Shown: positions 12,789-27,075, numbered from the stretch's first letter. The stretch is 64,000 nucleotides of DNA from Octopus sinensis (GCF_006345805.1 NC_043003.1:17484001-17548000), one strand, 5' to 3'. Numbers and translations: made by a program. The notes: a model not told the origin generated them from the sequence alone.

Positions 12789-13460
12789 GGCACGTAAAAG
12801 CACCATCCACTTGTGTTCATTGCCAGCCTCGGCTGGCCCCCGTGCCGGTGACACGTAAAAGCACCGTCCATTCGTGGCCGTTTGCCAGCTCTGTCTGGCC
12901 CCGTGTCGGTGGCACATAAAAGCACCATCCGCTCGTGTTCGTTGCCAGCCTCAACTGGCCCCCGTGCCGGTGACACGTAAAAGCACCGTCCGTTCGTGGC
13001 CGTTTGCCAGCTCTGTCTGGCCCCGTGTCGGTGGCACGTAAAAGCACCATCCGTTCGTGTCCGTTGCCAGCCTCGGCTGGCCCCCGTGCCGGTGACATGT
13101 AAAAGCACCATCCGTTTGTGGCCGTTTGCCAGCTCTGTCTGGCCCCGTGTCGGTGGCACGTAAAAGCACCATCCGTTCGTGTCCGTTGCCAGCATCGCCT
13201 GGCCCCGTGCCGGTGACACGTAAAAGCACCATCCGTTCGTGGCCGTTGTGCCAGCTCTGTCTGGCACCTGTGCAGGTGGCACGTAAAAAACACCCACTAC
13301 ACTCGCGGAGTGGTTGGTGTTAGGAAGGGCATCCAGCCGTAGAAACACTGCCAAATCTGACTGGGCCTGATGAAGCCTTCCGGCTTCACAGACCCCAGTT
13401 AAACCATCCAACCCATGCTAGCATGGAAAACGGACGCTAAATGATGATGATGATGATGAT
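12789..13460 (+). repeat. GC-rich ~61-bp minisatellite (8 units, alternating A/B) fused to an RTE-tail retroposon end
   Basis: Units G(G/A)CACGTAAAAGCACC...TTGCCAGC...TGGCCCCGTG(C/T)CGGT from 12789 to about 13290, then ...CCCATGCTAGCATGGAAAACGGACGCTAA(ATG)n. Confidence 0.9.
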
Positions 13461-13496
13461 ACATATACGCACATATATATATGTATGTGTATGTAT

Positions 13497-13539
<43 letters not shown>

Positions 13540-13559
13540 TATATATATATCATCATCAT

Positions 13560-13812
13560 CATCATCATCGTTTAACATCCGCTTTCCATGCTAGCATGGG
13601 TTGGACGATTTGACTGAGGTTTGGTGAACCAGATGACTGCACCAGGCTCCAATCTTGATCTGGCAGAGTTTCTACAGTGGTTGGCGTTAGGAAGTGCATC
13701 CAGTTGTAGAAACACTGCCAGATCAAGATTGGAGCCTGGTGCACCCATCTGGTTCGCCAGACCTCAGTCAAATCGTCCAACCCATGCTAGCATGGAAAGC
13801 GGACATTAAACG
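13560..13812. repeat. Head-to-head inverted pair of RTE-tail retroposon ends
   Basis: Arms of about 110 bp (TCCGCTTTCCATGCTAGCATGGGTTGGACGATTTGACTGAGGT... and its reverse complement) with a spacer of about 30 nt. Confidence 0.88.
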
Positions 13813-13847
13813 ATACACACACACACACATATATATATATGTGTATG

Positions 13848-13899
<52 letters not shown>

Positions 13900-15038
13900 C
13901 ATGTATATATATGTACATATATATGTACACACACATATATACATATGCACACACATATATGTGTATGTGTGCATGTGTGTATGTGTGCACACACACACAC
14001 CATAGGCTTCTTTCAGTTTTCACCTACAAAATTCACTCACAATGCATTGGTCTGTCTGCAACTATAGCAGAAGACACTTGCACAAAGTGTTATGCAGTGA
14101 GAGTGAACCTGAAGCCACAGGATTAAAAAGCTAACTTCTTAACCCCACAACCATATCTATGCCTCATAGCCTTGCCTGCACTGCACAGCCACAGACGAAG
14201 AGGAGCAGACAAGCAGAGCGAACATGGGAAAATGGTAGTTAATGCGTGTGTGTGCGTATGTGTGTGTGTGTGTGTGTGTGCGTGTGCAAGAGAGAGACGG
14301 GGGAGAAAGAGAGAGAGGGGGAGAGAAAAAGAGAGGGAGAGAGGGAGAGAGAAAAAGAGAGAGAGAGAGAGAGGAGAATAGGGAGAAGAAAAAGAGCAAC
14401 ACAGAAGAAGTGTAAGGAGAAGGAAACTGAAGATGTACCATGAAAAACAATTATTAGTGCATTATATTTTATGGAAGAACCAACATCACAGGTAGGACCT
14501 GGGGTGAATGCTTTGAAACATTTTTTGAGACAATTTTTTGTGGAAAAGAAATGTGTATCACATACAGTGCCACATAAAAACCACTGGTAATGGTGCCTGG
14601 TGATGGTGTCATGTGAAATGCACAGAGTATACTCTGTAAAGTGGTTGGCATTAGGAAGGCCATCAAGCTGTAAGAACCAAGCTAAAATGGACCATGGAAC
14701 TTAGTGTAGGCCCTGGCCTTGCCAGATCCTGTCAAGCCATCCAATCCATTTCAATATGGAAAGAGGATGTTAAATGGTGATAAAGATAATGGTCATACAA
14801 TAGATAATAAGAAAATGAGAGAGAGAGAAAAAGAGAGTTAGAAAGAGAAGGGAGATGAGAAAATGTGCAGGTTATCAAAAGAGAGAAAATCAGAAAGTGG
14901 AATAGATAGAGAACGAGAGAGGGGATGAGAAATATTTACAAAGAGAGAGAGAGTTGGAGAAAAAAATGTAAGTGGAAGAATGCAAGAATGTCATGGAATC
15001 CTGCATTCATGGTTTCAGTCAATTTATCATTGAAACTA

Positions 15039-15828
15039 CAGTAATCCCTCAATTATCACAGGTATTACATTCCAAAGGCCCCCGCCTACCATGATAGGTA
15101 AAAATCTGCAAAGTAGAAACAGTACTGTACTGTATATTTTTTATTATTTTTATAATTTGTATATATGGGGGTGAGTCAAAAAGTAATGCCATTTTGTTTA
15201 GGACAGGTATAATTACCAGCAGAGGAACATGTATCATACATCAAAATGAAGCTGGTCCTCTGTGGATCACATCCCTACTTCTCAACATAGTTACCATTTC
15301 TCTCAATAGCAATGTTCCACCTTCGAATGAGAGCATGTATCCTTGCACCATAAAATTCTGTTGATTGTTCTTTGAGACACTTCTTCACTACAGTTTTCAC
15401 TTTCTCATCACTGGAATAATGTTTGCCTCTCAAACCCTCTTTCATGGGGCTGAAGAAATGATAATCTGAAGGCACTAAATTATTCCAGTGACAAAGAAGT
15501 GGCTCAAAAACAGTCAACAGAATTTTACGGGGCAGAGATATATGCTCTCATTCAAAGGTGGAACATTGCTATTGAGAGAAACGGTGACTATGTTGAGAAG
15601 TAGGGATGGGATCCACAGAGGACCAGCTTCATTTTGATGTATGATACATGTTCCTGTGTTGGTAATTATACCCCTCCAAAGCAAAATGTCATTACTTTTT
15701 GACTCACCATCATATTTATCTTATTATAAATGCAAAACAACACCATGGAGGAATCGATGTAAGCTTAAATAATAAACCAGAATAGGTGAACAGTGATAGG
15801 TGAACCACGATATTGTGAGGGTTTACTG
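15039..15828. mobile_element. pogo/Tigger-like MITE (CAGT...ACTG, TA TSD) hosting the mariner foldback
   Basis: TA|CAGTAATCCCTCA ... TGAGGGTTTACTG|TA. A related copy is at 33113-33735. Confidence 0.75.
15166..15712. mobile_element. Foldback element made of two inverted mariner 3' ends
   Basis: TA-flanked termini GGTGAGTCAAAAAGTAATG, arms of about 200 bp. The minus frame encodes LVPSDYHFFSPMKEGLRGKHY...RWNIAIERNGNYVEK (mariner transposase C-terminus), which is repeated on plus. Confidence 0.88.
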
Positions 15829-16704
15829 TAAATGGGAGACTCTTCTGTGATCTCTCAACCTGCTAGAAATAGCAGCCAGATCTCCCTAACGTCACACTAT
15901 AACCATTATTTAAGATACAAAAATAATTTATTGAGTAATATACGTCACACAAGATATTATATCTTAAAACTGATGGGATGGTCAAGGCAGAAATGAAATT
16001 GGAGCTGGACAACATCTTGAGTAAGGAGATAGCAAGAGGCCCTCTATATGGTCACCATGATCTACTAGAAGTAGTCATTAACTCTGTTTCAAGTCAAGCT
16101 CTAAAGTCAGGAAAATATTTTACACATTGGGACATAATCATAGATCTTTTATCCTTTATATGCTTCAGTCGTTGGACTGTGGCCATGCTGGAGCACCACC
16201 TTGAAGGGTTTATTCAAACACATTGGCCCTAGCATTTATTCCTTTCCTATGTCAGGTACTTATTGTAATTGTCATTTTTTTTTTGTTGAACTGCTAAGTT
16301 ATAGGGATATAAACAAACCAACAACGGTTGTCAAAAGAATTCCAAGGCTTCAACTAATGATGCTGCTGGAAAGGCAGCCTCTGGGTCCTGCTGATGTTAT
16401 TGTCTCCTTTCTTTTAATCTTCAGAAAAGAAAGACTCCTGCTAGCCTTTACTGCCACAAGTTTGACATACTCTAACTCTCTTTACTCTTTTACTTGTTTC
16501 AGTCATTTGACTGTGGCCAAGCTGGAGCACTGCCTTTAGTCAAGTACATCAACCCCAGGACTGATTCTTTGTAAGCCTAGTACTTATTCTATCAGTCTCT
16601 TTTGCCGAACTGCTAAGTTATGGGGACATAAACACACCAGCATCAGTTGTCAAGCGATGTTGGGGGGGGACAAACACAGACACACAAACATATACACACA
16701 CGCA

Positions 16705-16754
<50 letters not shown>

Positions 16755-18159
16755 TAAGACGGGCTTCTTTCAGTTTCTGTCTACCAAATCCACTCACAAG
16801 GCTTTGGTTGGCCTGAGGCTATAGTAGAAGACACTTGTCCAAGGTGCTACACAGTGGGACTGAACACGGAACCATGTGGTTCGTAAGCAAGCTACTTACC
16901 ACACAGCCACTCCTACTCATCTAGACTTTCCATTCAACTCCATAAGTCTCACTGCTTATATTTCTGTATCTGCTTGTCACAATTCTGCACTGGATGTGTG
17001 GTTTTGGGGTGTCATACTGGCCTCTCTCTAGCACATGTTATTCTTTGTCACGTTGGCTCTCACAACCACCCATGTTGTACCACAAAATCAACAAAACACC
17101 ACAAGTTAATGTCACTGGCTATGTCTTTCACTGCCAACCCAGTGCTGAGCTGACTCATGTACAGTGATAAAATTCTAAGCATGGGTGTAGATCTTAAAAC
17201 TTCAACCTATCTCCTAACCTTCACAAGCAGGCAGATAGTACCATATGTTTTACCTCCTTCAGCAGAAAAATACTAACCCTTACATAAGCTAATATCTGTT
17301 TCTTTTCTAGAAGGCAGAACTACACCCTGTCTCATTTTGGCAAGGCATAAGTATGTGAACTTTTTTCTTTCTTGCTCTGGGAGAAAATGTCAGGGGATGA
17401 GGAGTGAGACTATCATAATACAGTTCTGCTAGACTTTATGTCTCTCACAGGAATCTAGTGATGTCCAAACACTATTTATTGACATGACATTTGCAAATGG
17501 GTATGAAAAGTTATGTGTTGCCATTATTGTTCTGAGTTCAAATTTTGCCGAGATCAGATTTGCCTTTCATCCTCCTGGGTTCAATAAAATAAAGTATCAC
17601 TTTACTAACCACCGTCTTTCCCCGCAAATTAGCTACCAACTAGCCCCCACCACTTCAAAATTGCTGGTCTTACACCTCCCTTTTTATGTTTTAGGTTCCA
17701 ATTCCACCGAGGTCGACTTTGCCTTACATCCTTTTAGGGTCGATAAAATAAGTACCAGTTGAGCGCTGGGGTTGATGTAATCAACTTACATCCCCCAGCC
17801 CTGAAATTTCTGACCTTGTGTCAAGATTTGAAACCAGTATTCTTACCTCTGCCTTAGCAAAGGTGGAGGTATTGTTTTCTGTTATGTTTGTTGTTTGTTT
17901 GTTTGTCTATGGACAAGATATACTCTCTTTTACTCTCTTTTACTTGTTTCAGTCATCTGACTGTGGCCATGCTGGAACACTGCCTTTAGTCAAGCAAAGC
18001 GACCTCAGGACTTATTCTTTGTAAGCCTAGTACTTATTCTATAGGTCTTTTTTGCCAAACTGTTAAGTCACAGGGATGTAAACACACCAGCATCGGTTGT
18101 CAAGCAATGTTGGGGGGACAAACACAGACACACAAACATATACACACACATACTCATAC

Positions 18160-18218
<59 letters not shown>

Positions 18219-19969
18219 TACGACAGGCTTCATTCTGTTTCTGTCTACCAAATTCACTCACAAGGCTTTGGTCGGCCCAAGACTATAGTAGAAGGCACTT
18301 GCCTAAGGTATCACGCAGTGGGACTGAACCCCGGAACCATGTGGTTGGTAAGCAAGCTACTTACCACACAGCCAATATATATATATATATATTATATATA
18401 TATATATATGCACAGAAAAATAAAACAGATACACACATAGTCACATGAATGCTCAAAAATATACACTTGTACATACAGGAAGATATACACACACAATGCT
18501 GTAAACAGGAAATATCAGACAAAGGAAAATGTAAAAGAAAGTGTTTGTGTTGAGGGGAGGGGAATCAAACATCAATTTAAAGAAAGCAAAGCATGTCAAA
18601 GAAACAAGATAGACATAATGTGAAAAGGATGAAGAAGAAGAATGCCAAAAGAACTTATTACAAAAGTAGATGATTGTAGGGGAGCAGAGTAAAAACCATA
18701 CACACATACACATATATATATATGTATGTGTGTGAGTGTGTGTATGTATATATTTATGTATGTATGTATATTTATATTGGCAGGAAGTGGCTGTGACATG
18801 TCACAAGGATGGAAGTAGCATAAACAGTATGCAAAGTTGATGAATAGCAGTGGTGATGGGGTTTACTTAGAAACTTAGTCTGGAGAAGTAGTAAAAATTG
18901 TCTGCTTCTTGGGTGGGATGGAACTGGTCTGGGTTATCCTCTAAATTAAAAACTGGCCATTCCAGACTTTGTAAGAAAATATTCTTCTTTCCTTAGTAGT
19001 TTCATTGTGAAGTTTCATTTGGGATTTCAGCTGACTCTGCAGTTTTGTTTTGATTTTTGTTATGATTTTTTTTTGTTATGAGATAAAGGCAACAAAAAGA
19101 ATAAAATAGAAAGAAACATTAATAAAAGACAGATGGCTTCATGTAAAGTGCTTGATATTTACTAAATATCTTGCGGTGGTGCCGGTGCCGGTTTCTGTTC
19201 TGTATTTGGAGTTATAACAACCAAAGAATTCTTGTGACTATTTTTTTGTTTACTCCTTAATAACAAACAAGTCAAGGAAAGACCAAACCATGTTAATAAC
19301 ATACATATCTTCTTTCATTTAATCCACTCAAATTTAAATTGAATTCTACTTGTTACCAAAAAAAAAAAAAAACTTCAAAGACTAACGGATTAAAAAAAAG
19401 GTAAATATCTAAATTTTTTTAAAATTTTGTGAAAATATTTCATTCAGTATTTGTTTAATTTGCTTATTTTTTTTTTTCATTTATTTTTATACTTATGATT
19501 TATTTATATATCATTATTTAAAAAATTTCTATTATTTTTTTTTATGTCATCTTTTGATTATTGTAACTTTTGCTATTACCCCAAAGCCATTCATATAAAC
19601 ACCAAAATCTGAGTTCAATTCTTAATGATATTTCAAAGCATTTCCCACACATTTTACAACCTGCCCATTGATAATCTGTCCCCTTGTGATATATATTTAT
19701 CTATGCAGTTATTTATTTATGCGTGTATTTTTTTTCATGTAATTTTCTAATGCAATGCCTGAAAAATTATGCAAATAACAAACAAAACACCTGATAATAA
19801 TATTTAAAGCTTTAAACCCAAGTGAATAAACAAAAACACTGCAGATGAAATAACAAAGGGACACGAGAGTAGGAACCTGAAGGAACTTATACACATACGG
19901 CGGTGAACCAGCATGGCCTCGGTCAAATGACTGAAACAAGTAAAAGAAAAAAAAATACACACAAACATC

Positions 19970-20410
19970 CATTCATCCATCCATCCATACATACATACAT
20001 ACATAAATACATACATACATACATACATACATACATAAATACATACATACATACATACATACATACATACATACATACATACATACATACATAAATACAT
20101 ACATACATAAATACATACATACATACATACATACATACATACATAACATACATACATACATACATACATACATACATACATTCATACATGCATACATACA
20201 TGCATACATACATAAATACATACATACATACATACATACATACATGCATACATGCATGCATGCATACATACATAAATACATACATACATACTTTCATACA
20301 TACATACATAAATACATACATACATACTTTCATACATACATACATAAATACATACATACATACATACATACATACATACATACATACATACATACAATAC
20401 ACATTCATAC
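19970..20410. repeat. (CATA)n tetranucleotide microsatellite
   Basis: Direct reading. Similar tracts at about 49705-49810 and 27047-27100. Confidence 0.97.
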
Positions 20411-21286
20411 ACGGTGAGCTGGCAGAAACATTAGCATGCTGGGTGAAATGTCTAACAGTATTTCATCTGCCATTATGTTCTGAGTTCAAATTCCGCCGAG
20501 GTCGACTTTGCCTTTCATCCTTTCGGGGTCAATTAAACAAGTACCAGTTAATCAATGAAATCGATGTAATCGACTTAATTCCTTGTTTGTCCCCTCTATG
20601 TTTAGTCCCCTGTGGGTCATAAAGAAATATATTAAGGCTGTGAGCTGACAGAAACATTAGCATGCTGGACGAAATGCTTAGCGGTATTTCGTCTGCCATT
20701 ACATACTGAGTTCAAATTCCACCAAAGTCAACTTTGCCTTTCATGCTTTCGGGGTTGATAAATTAAGTACCAGTTACACACTGGGGTCGATGTAATCGAC
20801 TTAATCCCTTTTTGTCCCCTTGTTTGTCCCCTCTATGTTTAGCCCCCTGTGGGTCATAAAGAAATATATTAAGGCTGTGAGCTGACAGAAACGTTAGCAT
20901 GCTGGACGAAATGCTTAGCGGTATTTCGTCTGCCATTACATACTGAGTTCAAATTCCACCAAAGTCAACTTTGCCTTTCATGCTTTCGGGGTTGATAAAT
21001 TAAGTACCAGTTACACACTGGGGTCGATGTAATCGACTTAATCCCTTTTTGTCCCCTTGTTTGTCCCCTCTATGTTTAGCCCTTGTGTTCAATAAAAAAA
21101 TAAGAAACATTAACATGCGCAGGAGTGGCTGTGTGGTAAGTAGCTTGCTAACCAACCACATGGTTCCGGGTTCAGTTCCACTGTGTGGCATCTTGGGCGA
21201 GTGTCTTCTGCTATAGCCCCGGGCCGACCACTGCCTTGTGAGTGGATTTGGTAGACAGAAACTGAAAGAAGCCTGTCGTATATATG

Positions 21287-21317
<31 letters not shown>

Positions 21318-22776
21318 TTGACAACCGATGCTGGTGTGTTTACGTACCCGTCACTTAGTGGTTCGGCAAAAAGAGATCGATAGAATAAGTACTGGGCTTA
21401 CAAAGAATAAGTCCCGGGGTCGATTTGCTGGACTAAAGGCGGTGCTCCAGCATGGCCACAGTCAAGTGACTGAAACAAGTAAAAGAGTAAAAAGAGAGAG
21501 TATGCCAGGTGAAATGTTTAGCAGTGTATTTCGTCTGTCTTTACATTCTGGGTTCAAATTCCGCCTAGGTCGACTTTGCCTTTCATCCTTTCAGGATTGA
21601 TAAATTAAGTACCAGTTGCATACTGGAATCGATCTAATTGACTGCCCACCTCCCTTAAAATTTCGGGCCTTGTGCCTAGAGTAGAAAAGAATACACATAC
21701 ATACATAGTTAAAAACCTGGATCCCTCCTCAGTGGAAGATTTATAATAATTAAAAAATAGTAGAGACATACATAGACACATAGATAGATAGATAGATAGA
21801 TAGATAGACAGATACATACATACATACATACATACATACATACATACATGTTGCATGTATACTCTTTTACTCTTATAATAAAAAGCCACCGTTTAGCTTG
21901 CTTTCAATGTAAATGTTGAAGAATAATTTTCTCTTGTAACTTCAAAATTTTGTCCTTTCCACAAAATTTTTACTTTCGGTAAAAAAAAAAAAATAAAATA
22001 TGCATGCATAGAATTTTCATACAGCATGTACAGAATGACCCCTAAATAAGTACAATTATAAAACTAGCACCCTGATGGTTACAACAGTAAGGGTTCCAGC
22101 TGATCAGATCAACAGAACGGCCCGCTCGAGAAATTAACATGCAAGTGGCTGAGTGCTCCACAGAATCATGCAACCTTAACATAGTTCTCAGAGAGACTCA
22201 GCATGACACAGAATGGGACAAGGCTGGCCCATTGAATTACAGGTACTACTCATTTTCGCCAGCTGAGTGGAATGGAGCAACATGAAATAAAGTGTCTTGT
22301 TCAAGGATGCAATGTGTTGCTGGGAATTGAATTCATGACCTTATGATCGTGAGCCTAACCACTAAGCCACAAGCCTTCACTGGTACACATATATAAGTAC
22401 TATATAATTATATAATAATGCTTTACTTTATATATATATGTGTGTGTGTGTGTATTTAGGTAGTGGGACTCCAAAAGGGGTCTTAGGGAGTAGCATCCCT
22501 GCTTTCCTGAACTAATTTTCCACCACATTTCTTAAAAATCATGGTTGAGGCCTTGGTCTTGGGATCACTCATGTCTAGAAACTGAGGTTGGGGGTAAGCA
22601 AGGGCATGTTTTCCATAGAAAATCCAGCTCCAAAAAAAGCCTCATGATAGCAAGGAAGAATGGGCACCAGCCAGCCCAAAGGTTGGGGTGGGCTGCACTT
22701 GCCTACCTCGGTTGCTATGGCATTGAGGTAGATCTGGCCAACGCCATTAATGGGGACAAAACCTGGATTTAAAACA

Positions 22777-22809
<33 letters not shown>

Positions 22810-22811
22810 AA

Positions 22812-22851
<40 letters not shown>

Positions 22852-23044
22852 AAATTTGTGAAATCTATGGTATATTTGAAAAGGGAAAAGAATGACTTCA
22901 CTGGTAGTTTTAATCAATTTTTTTTTTTAATAATATAGCATTCCTACTGTAGAATGGTTTGTAGTTACTAACCAAACTGTAAAATTATATTATTAAAAAA
23001 TTAAATTGATTAGAACTACCAGTGAAGTCATTCTTTTCCTTTTT

Positions 23045-23124
<80 letters not shown>

Positions 23125-23906
23125 AAGATATATGAACGACATTACTGAAAACCAATACAATTGATTCGGCACATTTTACACCTGCAGTACACAGGCACTG
23201 GCTCGGGAGCGAAATTTGTTTAGGGGGTGCAAATCCAAGTCCAACATTTTTTTACAAACAAGGTCTTATTGTTTTTATCTATTTATTTATTTATCTATTC
23301 TTGTTTTTTGTTCTTTGGGAAGAAGCCTAACTTCAAGCTACTTTTCACAGATCACTTTTTAAGCCGTTTTTACATCTGAGGAAAGTAAGTAGAGGTGCAA
23401 ATTTTGATTTAACAGCCACCAAAAATTTTAGGAGGTGCACTTGCATCCATTGCACCCCCTGTTCCTGGGCCCATGTACACAGGTGAGATACTGTGTAATC
23501 ATTTCCATACATGCAAAATGTAAGATGCACATCATCAGGTGATTATTTATAAGGTCCTTTGATTTATAAGATCCTCCTGTCATTTCACTCAGTGTGAAAA
23601 TTCATACCCAAAGTGATGTGTCGTTTTCTGCAGTGGATGTATGATAACGATTGCACAGCATCTCACCAATGTATTACAGGTATAAAAATGTGTTGAAAAA
23701 AAACATTATAGTAATTTTAAATAAAGAATGTCATTCATTCCATTTTCTATCATTTATCTATTTATATAAATTCTACTGATACTATGGAATTCCTGCTGTA
23801 TATCCTGTAGCAGTAGCATTCCCACTGTAGGATGACATCAGGTAGCCAATAACTGCAGACAAGCTTTGCATAGCATTCCACAAGGTTTTTCTTATTTAAT
23901 TATATA

Positions 23907-25154
23907 TCAGGTCATCTCATAAGTTCTGGCCGATTTTACCTTTTTTTAAATTAAATGAAATTTAATAGTATTTTAGAATGTTTAATGGAATTAAAAATTA
24001 TTTTTATGCATTTGTGTACATTTAAACTAATTAAATATTATTTTACAGAATATTAGAATTAGAATTTCTTTGATTAAAACCCTTTCTAACATGGAAGTAT
24101 CCAAAGAGCATTTGAGGCACATAAAACTTTATGAGTACAAAAAAGGAAACTCTGCTGCCAGTTTATGGGAAAGAATGCTTGAATGAAAGAACTTATAGAA
24201 GATGGTTTGCAAAATTAAGAAGTGGAGATTTCAGCCTAGAAGATGAAAATCGAACAGGACGTCTAGTTGTGCTTGATGATAAGCTCCTTGAGCCATTACT
24301 TGAAGAAAATCCTGCATTATCAGTTGAAGAATTGGCAATAAAGCTTAGTTCAAACCATACAACTGTTCATCATTATCTTCAACAACTTGGAAAGGTTCTT
24401 AAACTTGGAAAATTGGTGCCTCGTGAATTGTCCCAAAGCAACCACAAATCTTGAGTTGACATCTGCTCTTCTCTCCATTCTTGTGAACTCATTTCACCCT
24501 TTTTTGAATGGACTTGTGACTGGTGATGGAAAATGGATCTTCTATCGAAATGTTAAACAGTGGCTTGGTAAAAGGGAAAAAGCTCAACCACAATCAACAA
24601 GGGAACTTTATGGGGAAAAGGTTCTTCTCTCTATCTGGTGGGATAGCAAAGGAGTAATTCACTTTGAATTGTTACCACCTAATGCAACAACCAATGCTCA
24701 AGTCTACTGTCAGCATTTGAACCAAGCTTTGAAGAAAAAAAGACCTGCTTTAGTGAATCAAAAGGGAGTGATGTTTCATCAGGACAATGCACGACCCCAC
24801 ACTGCAAAGATCACATTACAGAAGATCGAAGTGTTTGGTTGGGAAAAAATTCCTCATCCACCTTATTCTCCTGACCTTGCTCCATCAGACTACCATTTGT
24901 TTTGTAGTTTACGAAATCATTTGGGGGACATAACTTTCACAAGCCAGGAAGAGGTCAAAACTGACATTTCAGAGTTCTTCGCTTTGAAACTAAAAGAGTT
25001 TTACATTGATGGGATTAAAAAGTTTGTAAATAGATTGAAGGAAGTCATAGATAATCAGGGAAAGCACATTGATGATTAAATTTCAATCAAATATAACATT
25101 TGATCACTTGTTTTCTTTATTCAAAACTCAGACAGAACTTATGGGATGACCTGA
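23907..25154 (+). mobile_element. Full-length decayed mariner (DD34D) transposon
   Basis: TA-flanked TIRs TCAGGTCATCTCATAAGTTCTG / CAGAACTTATGGGATGACCTGA, length about 1.25 kb. Confidence 0.95.
24091..25079 (+). pseudogene. Mariner transposase pseudogene
   Basis: Starts MEVSKEHLRH. Contains RRWFAKLRSGDFSLEDE, LVPREL (WVPHEL motif), TGDGKW, FHQDNARPH and PPYSPDLAPSDY, with 34 residues between the last two catalytic Asp. In-frame TGA at 24452-54 and at least two frameshifts. Confidence 0.93.
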
Positions 25155-25157
25155 TAT

Positions 25158-25188
<31 letters not shown>

Positions 25189-25339
25189 ATATATATATAT
25201 TATATATATATATAATCAAAATAAGCAACAGAGGTAGCCTTGCTGCTTATTTTGATTTTAATCATCTTATTTTAAAATTGTATGGATAATACCATACTAA
25301 ATTCTGGTGCCTCAACTTAAGTACCATATTCATCTGAAA

Positions 25340-25417
<78 letters not shown>

Positions 25418-25474
25418 TGTATGTATGTAAGTATGTAAGTATGTATGTATGTATGTATGTATGTACATATAACA

Positions 25475-26000
25475 TCATCATCATCAGCATTTAACGTCCA
25501 TTTTCCATGCTGGCATGGGTTGGATGATTTGACATGTAGCCTGCTAACTTAGAGCTGTCCAGGTTCCACTTATGGTTTCTATGGCTGGATGTCCTTCCAA
25601 ATCCAGTAACTTAACAGAGTGTGCCGGGTGCCTTTTATGTGCCGCTGGCACAGGTGATTTTCTGTGGCACTGGCACCTCAAAGGACAAGCTTGTATGTGT
25701 GAAAGACATTGATTTTATTTAGCTTGACGTGTCTTATCAAGTACAGCAAATCGCCTCAACTCCAAGTCCCTTGTCATTTCCTCAATAAGGTCCTTTCTCA
25801 ACTATTCATCCCTCGTCATCATGGGTCTACCCCTTTCACATGTACTCTCCGAAATTTGAGCTTGGCACTTCTTTACACAGCTGTCCTCATGCATGCATAT
25901 TACATGACCAAACCAGTGCAGTCTTCTCTCTTGCACACAGCATTTGATGCCTCTTATACCCAGTTTTCCTCTTAAATCATTCATAATCTGTCATGTGCGC
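25475..26000 (-). mobile_element. RTE LINE 3' end with (ATG)n tail
   Basis: Translation LRGKLGIRGIKCCVQERRLHWFGHVICM...CERGRP, then a 3' UTR ending CCATGCCAGCATGGAAAATGGACGTTAAATG(ATG)n that is shared with many short copies in the window. Confidence 0.8.
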
Positions 26001-26603
26001 TCACTGACATTACCCATCCAGCATAGTTTTTCTACCTGGCCAGCTCCTGTCAACTGTCCTACCAATGCATGCAGGGAGGTTGGGTGTTAAACAAAGATGA
26101 CGATGATATATATATATATATACATACTCTCTTTTTACTCTTTTACTTGTTTCGGTCATTTGACTGTGGCCATGTTGGAGCACAGCCTTTAGTCGAACAA
26201 ATCGACCCCGGGACATATTCTTTGTAAGCCTGGTACCTATTCTTTTAGGCTCTTTTGACAAACCTCTAAGTTACGGGGATGTAAGCACACCAGCATCAGT
26301 TACATATACCAGCATACATATACACACACACATACATATACATATATATATATATTATATATATATATATATATATACGCATATATACGATGGGCTTCTT
26401 TCAGTTTCCGTCTACCAAATCCACTTGCAAGGATTTGGTCGGCTCAAGGTAGTAGAAGACACTTGCCCAAGGTGCCACCCAGTGGGACTGAACCCAGAAC
26501 CATGTGTTTGGTAAGCAAGCTACTTACAACACAGCCACTCCTACACCTATATATATATATATATATATATAAATATACACTGTATATATGTATACAGTTA
26601 TGC

Positions 26604-26639
<36 letters not shown>

Positions 26640-27039
26640 GAGAGAGAGGAAAAATAAGTTCAAAAGAGAAAAATTCAAACTTTTTGAGAGGTCCAAAAAG
26701 AGAGAAAGAATGATTTCTAATAAAGATTCATCATATTCATAAAAGAAACAAAACAGCTAGAGCAAGTAATAAGAATATGAAAATAGTAGTTGCAAAATAT
26801 CATTATAGGTATAAATATACCAAAATCAATTATAGAAAAATAGAGGAGAAAAAGATGTTGAATCAAACTAATTTTGATTCCACATCTTTTTCTCTTCCTT
26901 TTTTTCTATAATTGTTTATGGTATTTTTATACCTATAACGATAATTTTGCAACTATATATATGTATACAGATATGCATATATATATATATATATATATAT
27001 ATACAAATATATATATATAAATCATCATCATGATATATA

Positions 27040-27075
<36 letters not shown>

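Noticed and set aside
12725-13411. 228-aa repetitive ORF on minus
   Set aside because: Stop-free reading of a GC-rich minisatellite inside a retroposon; no splice or domain support.
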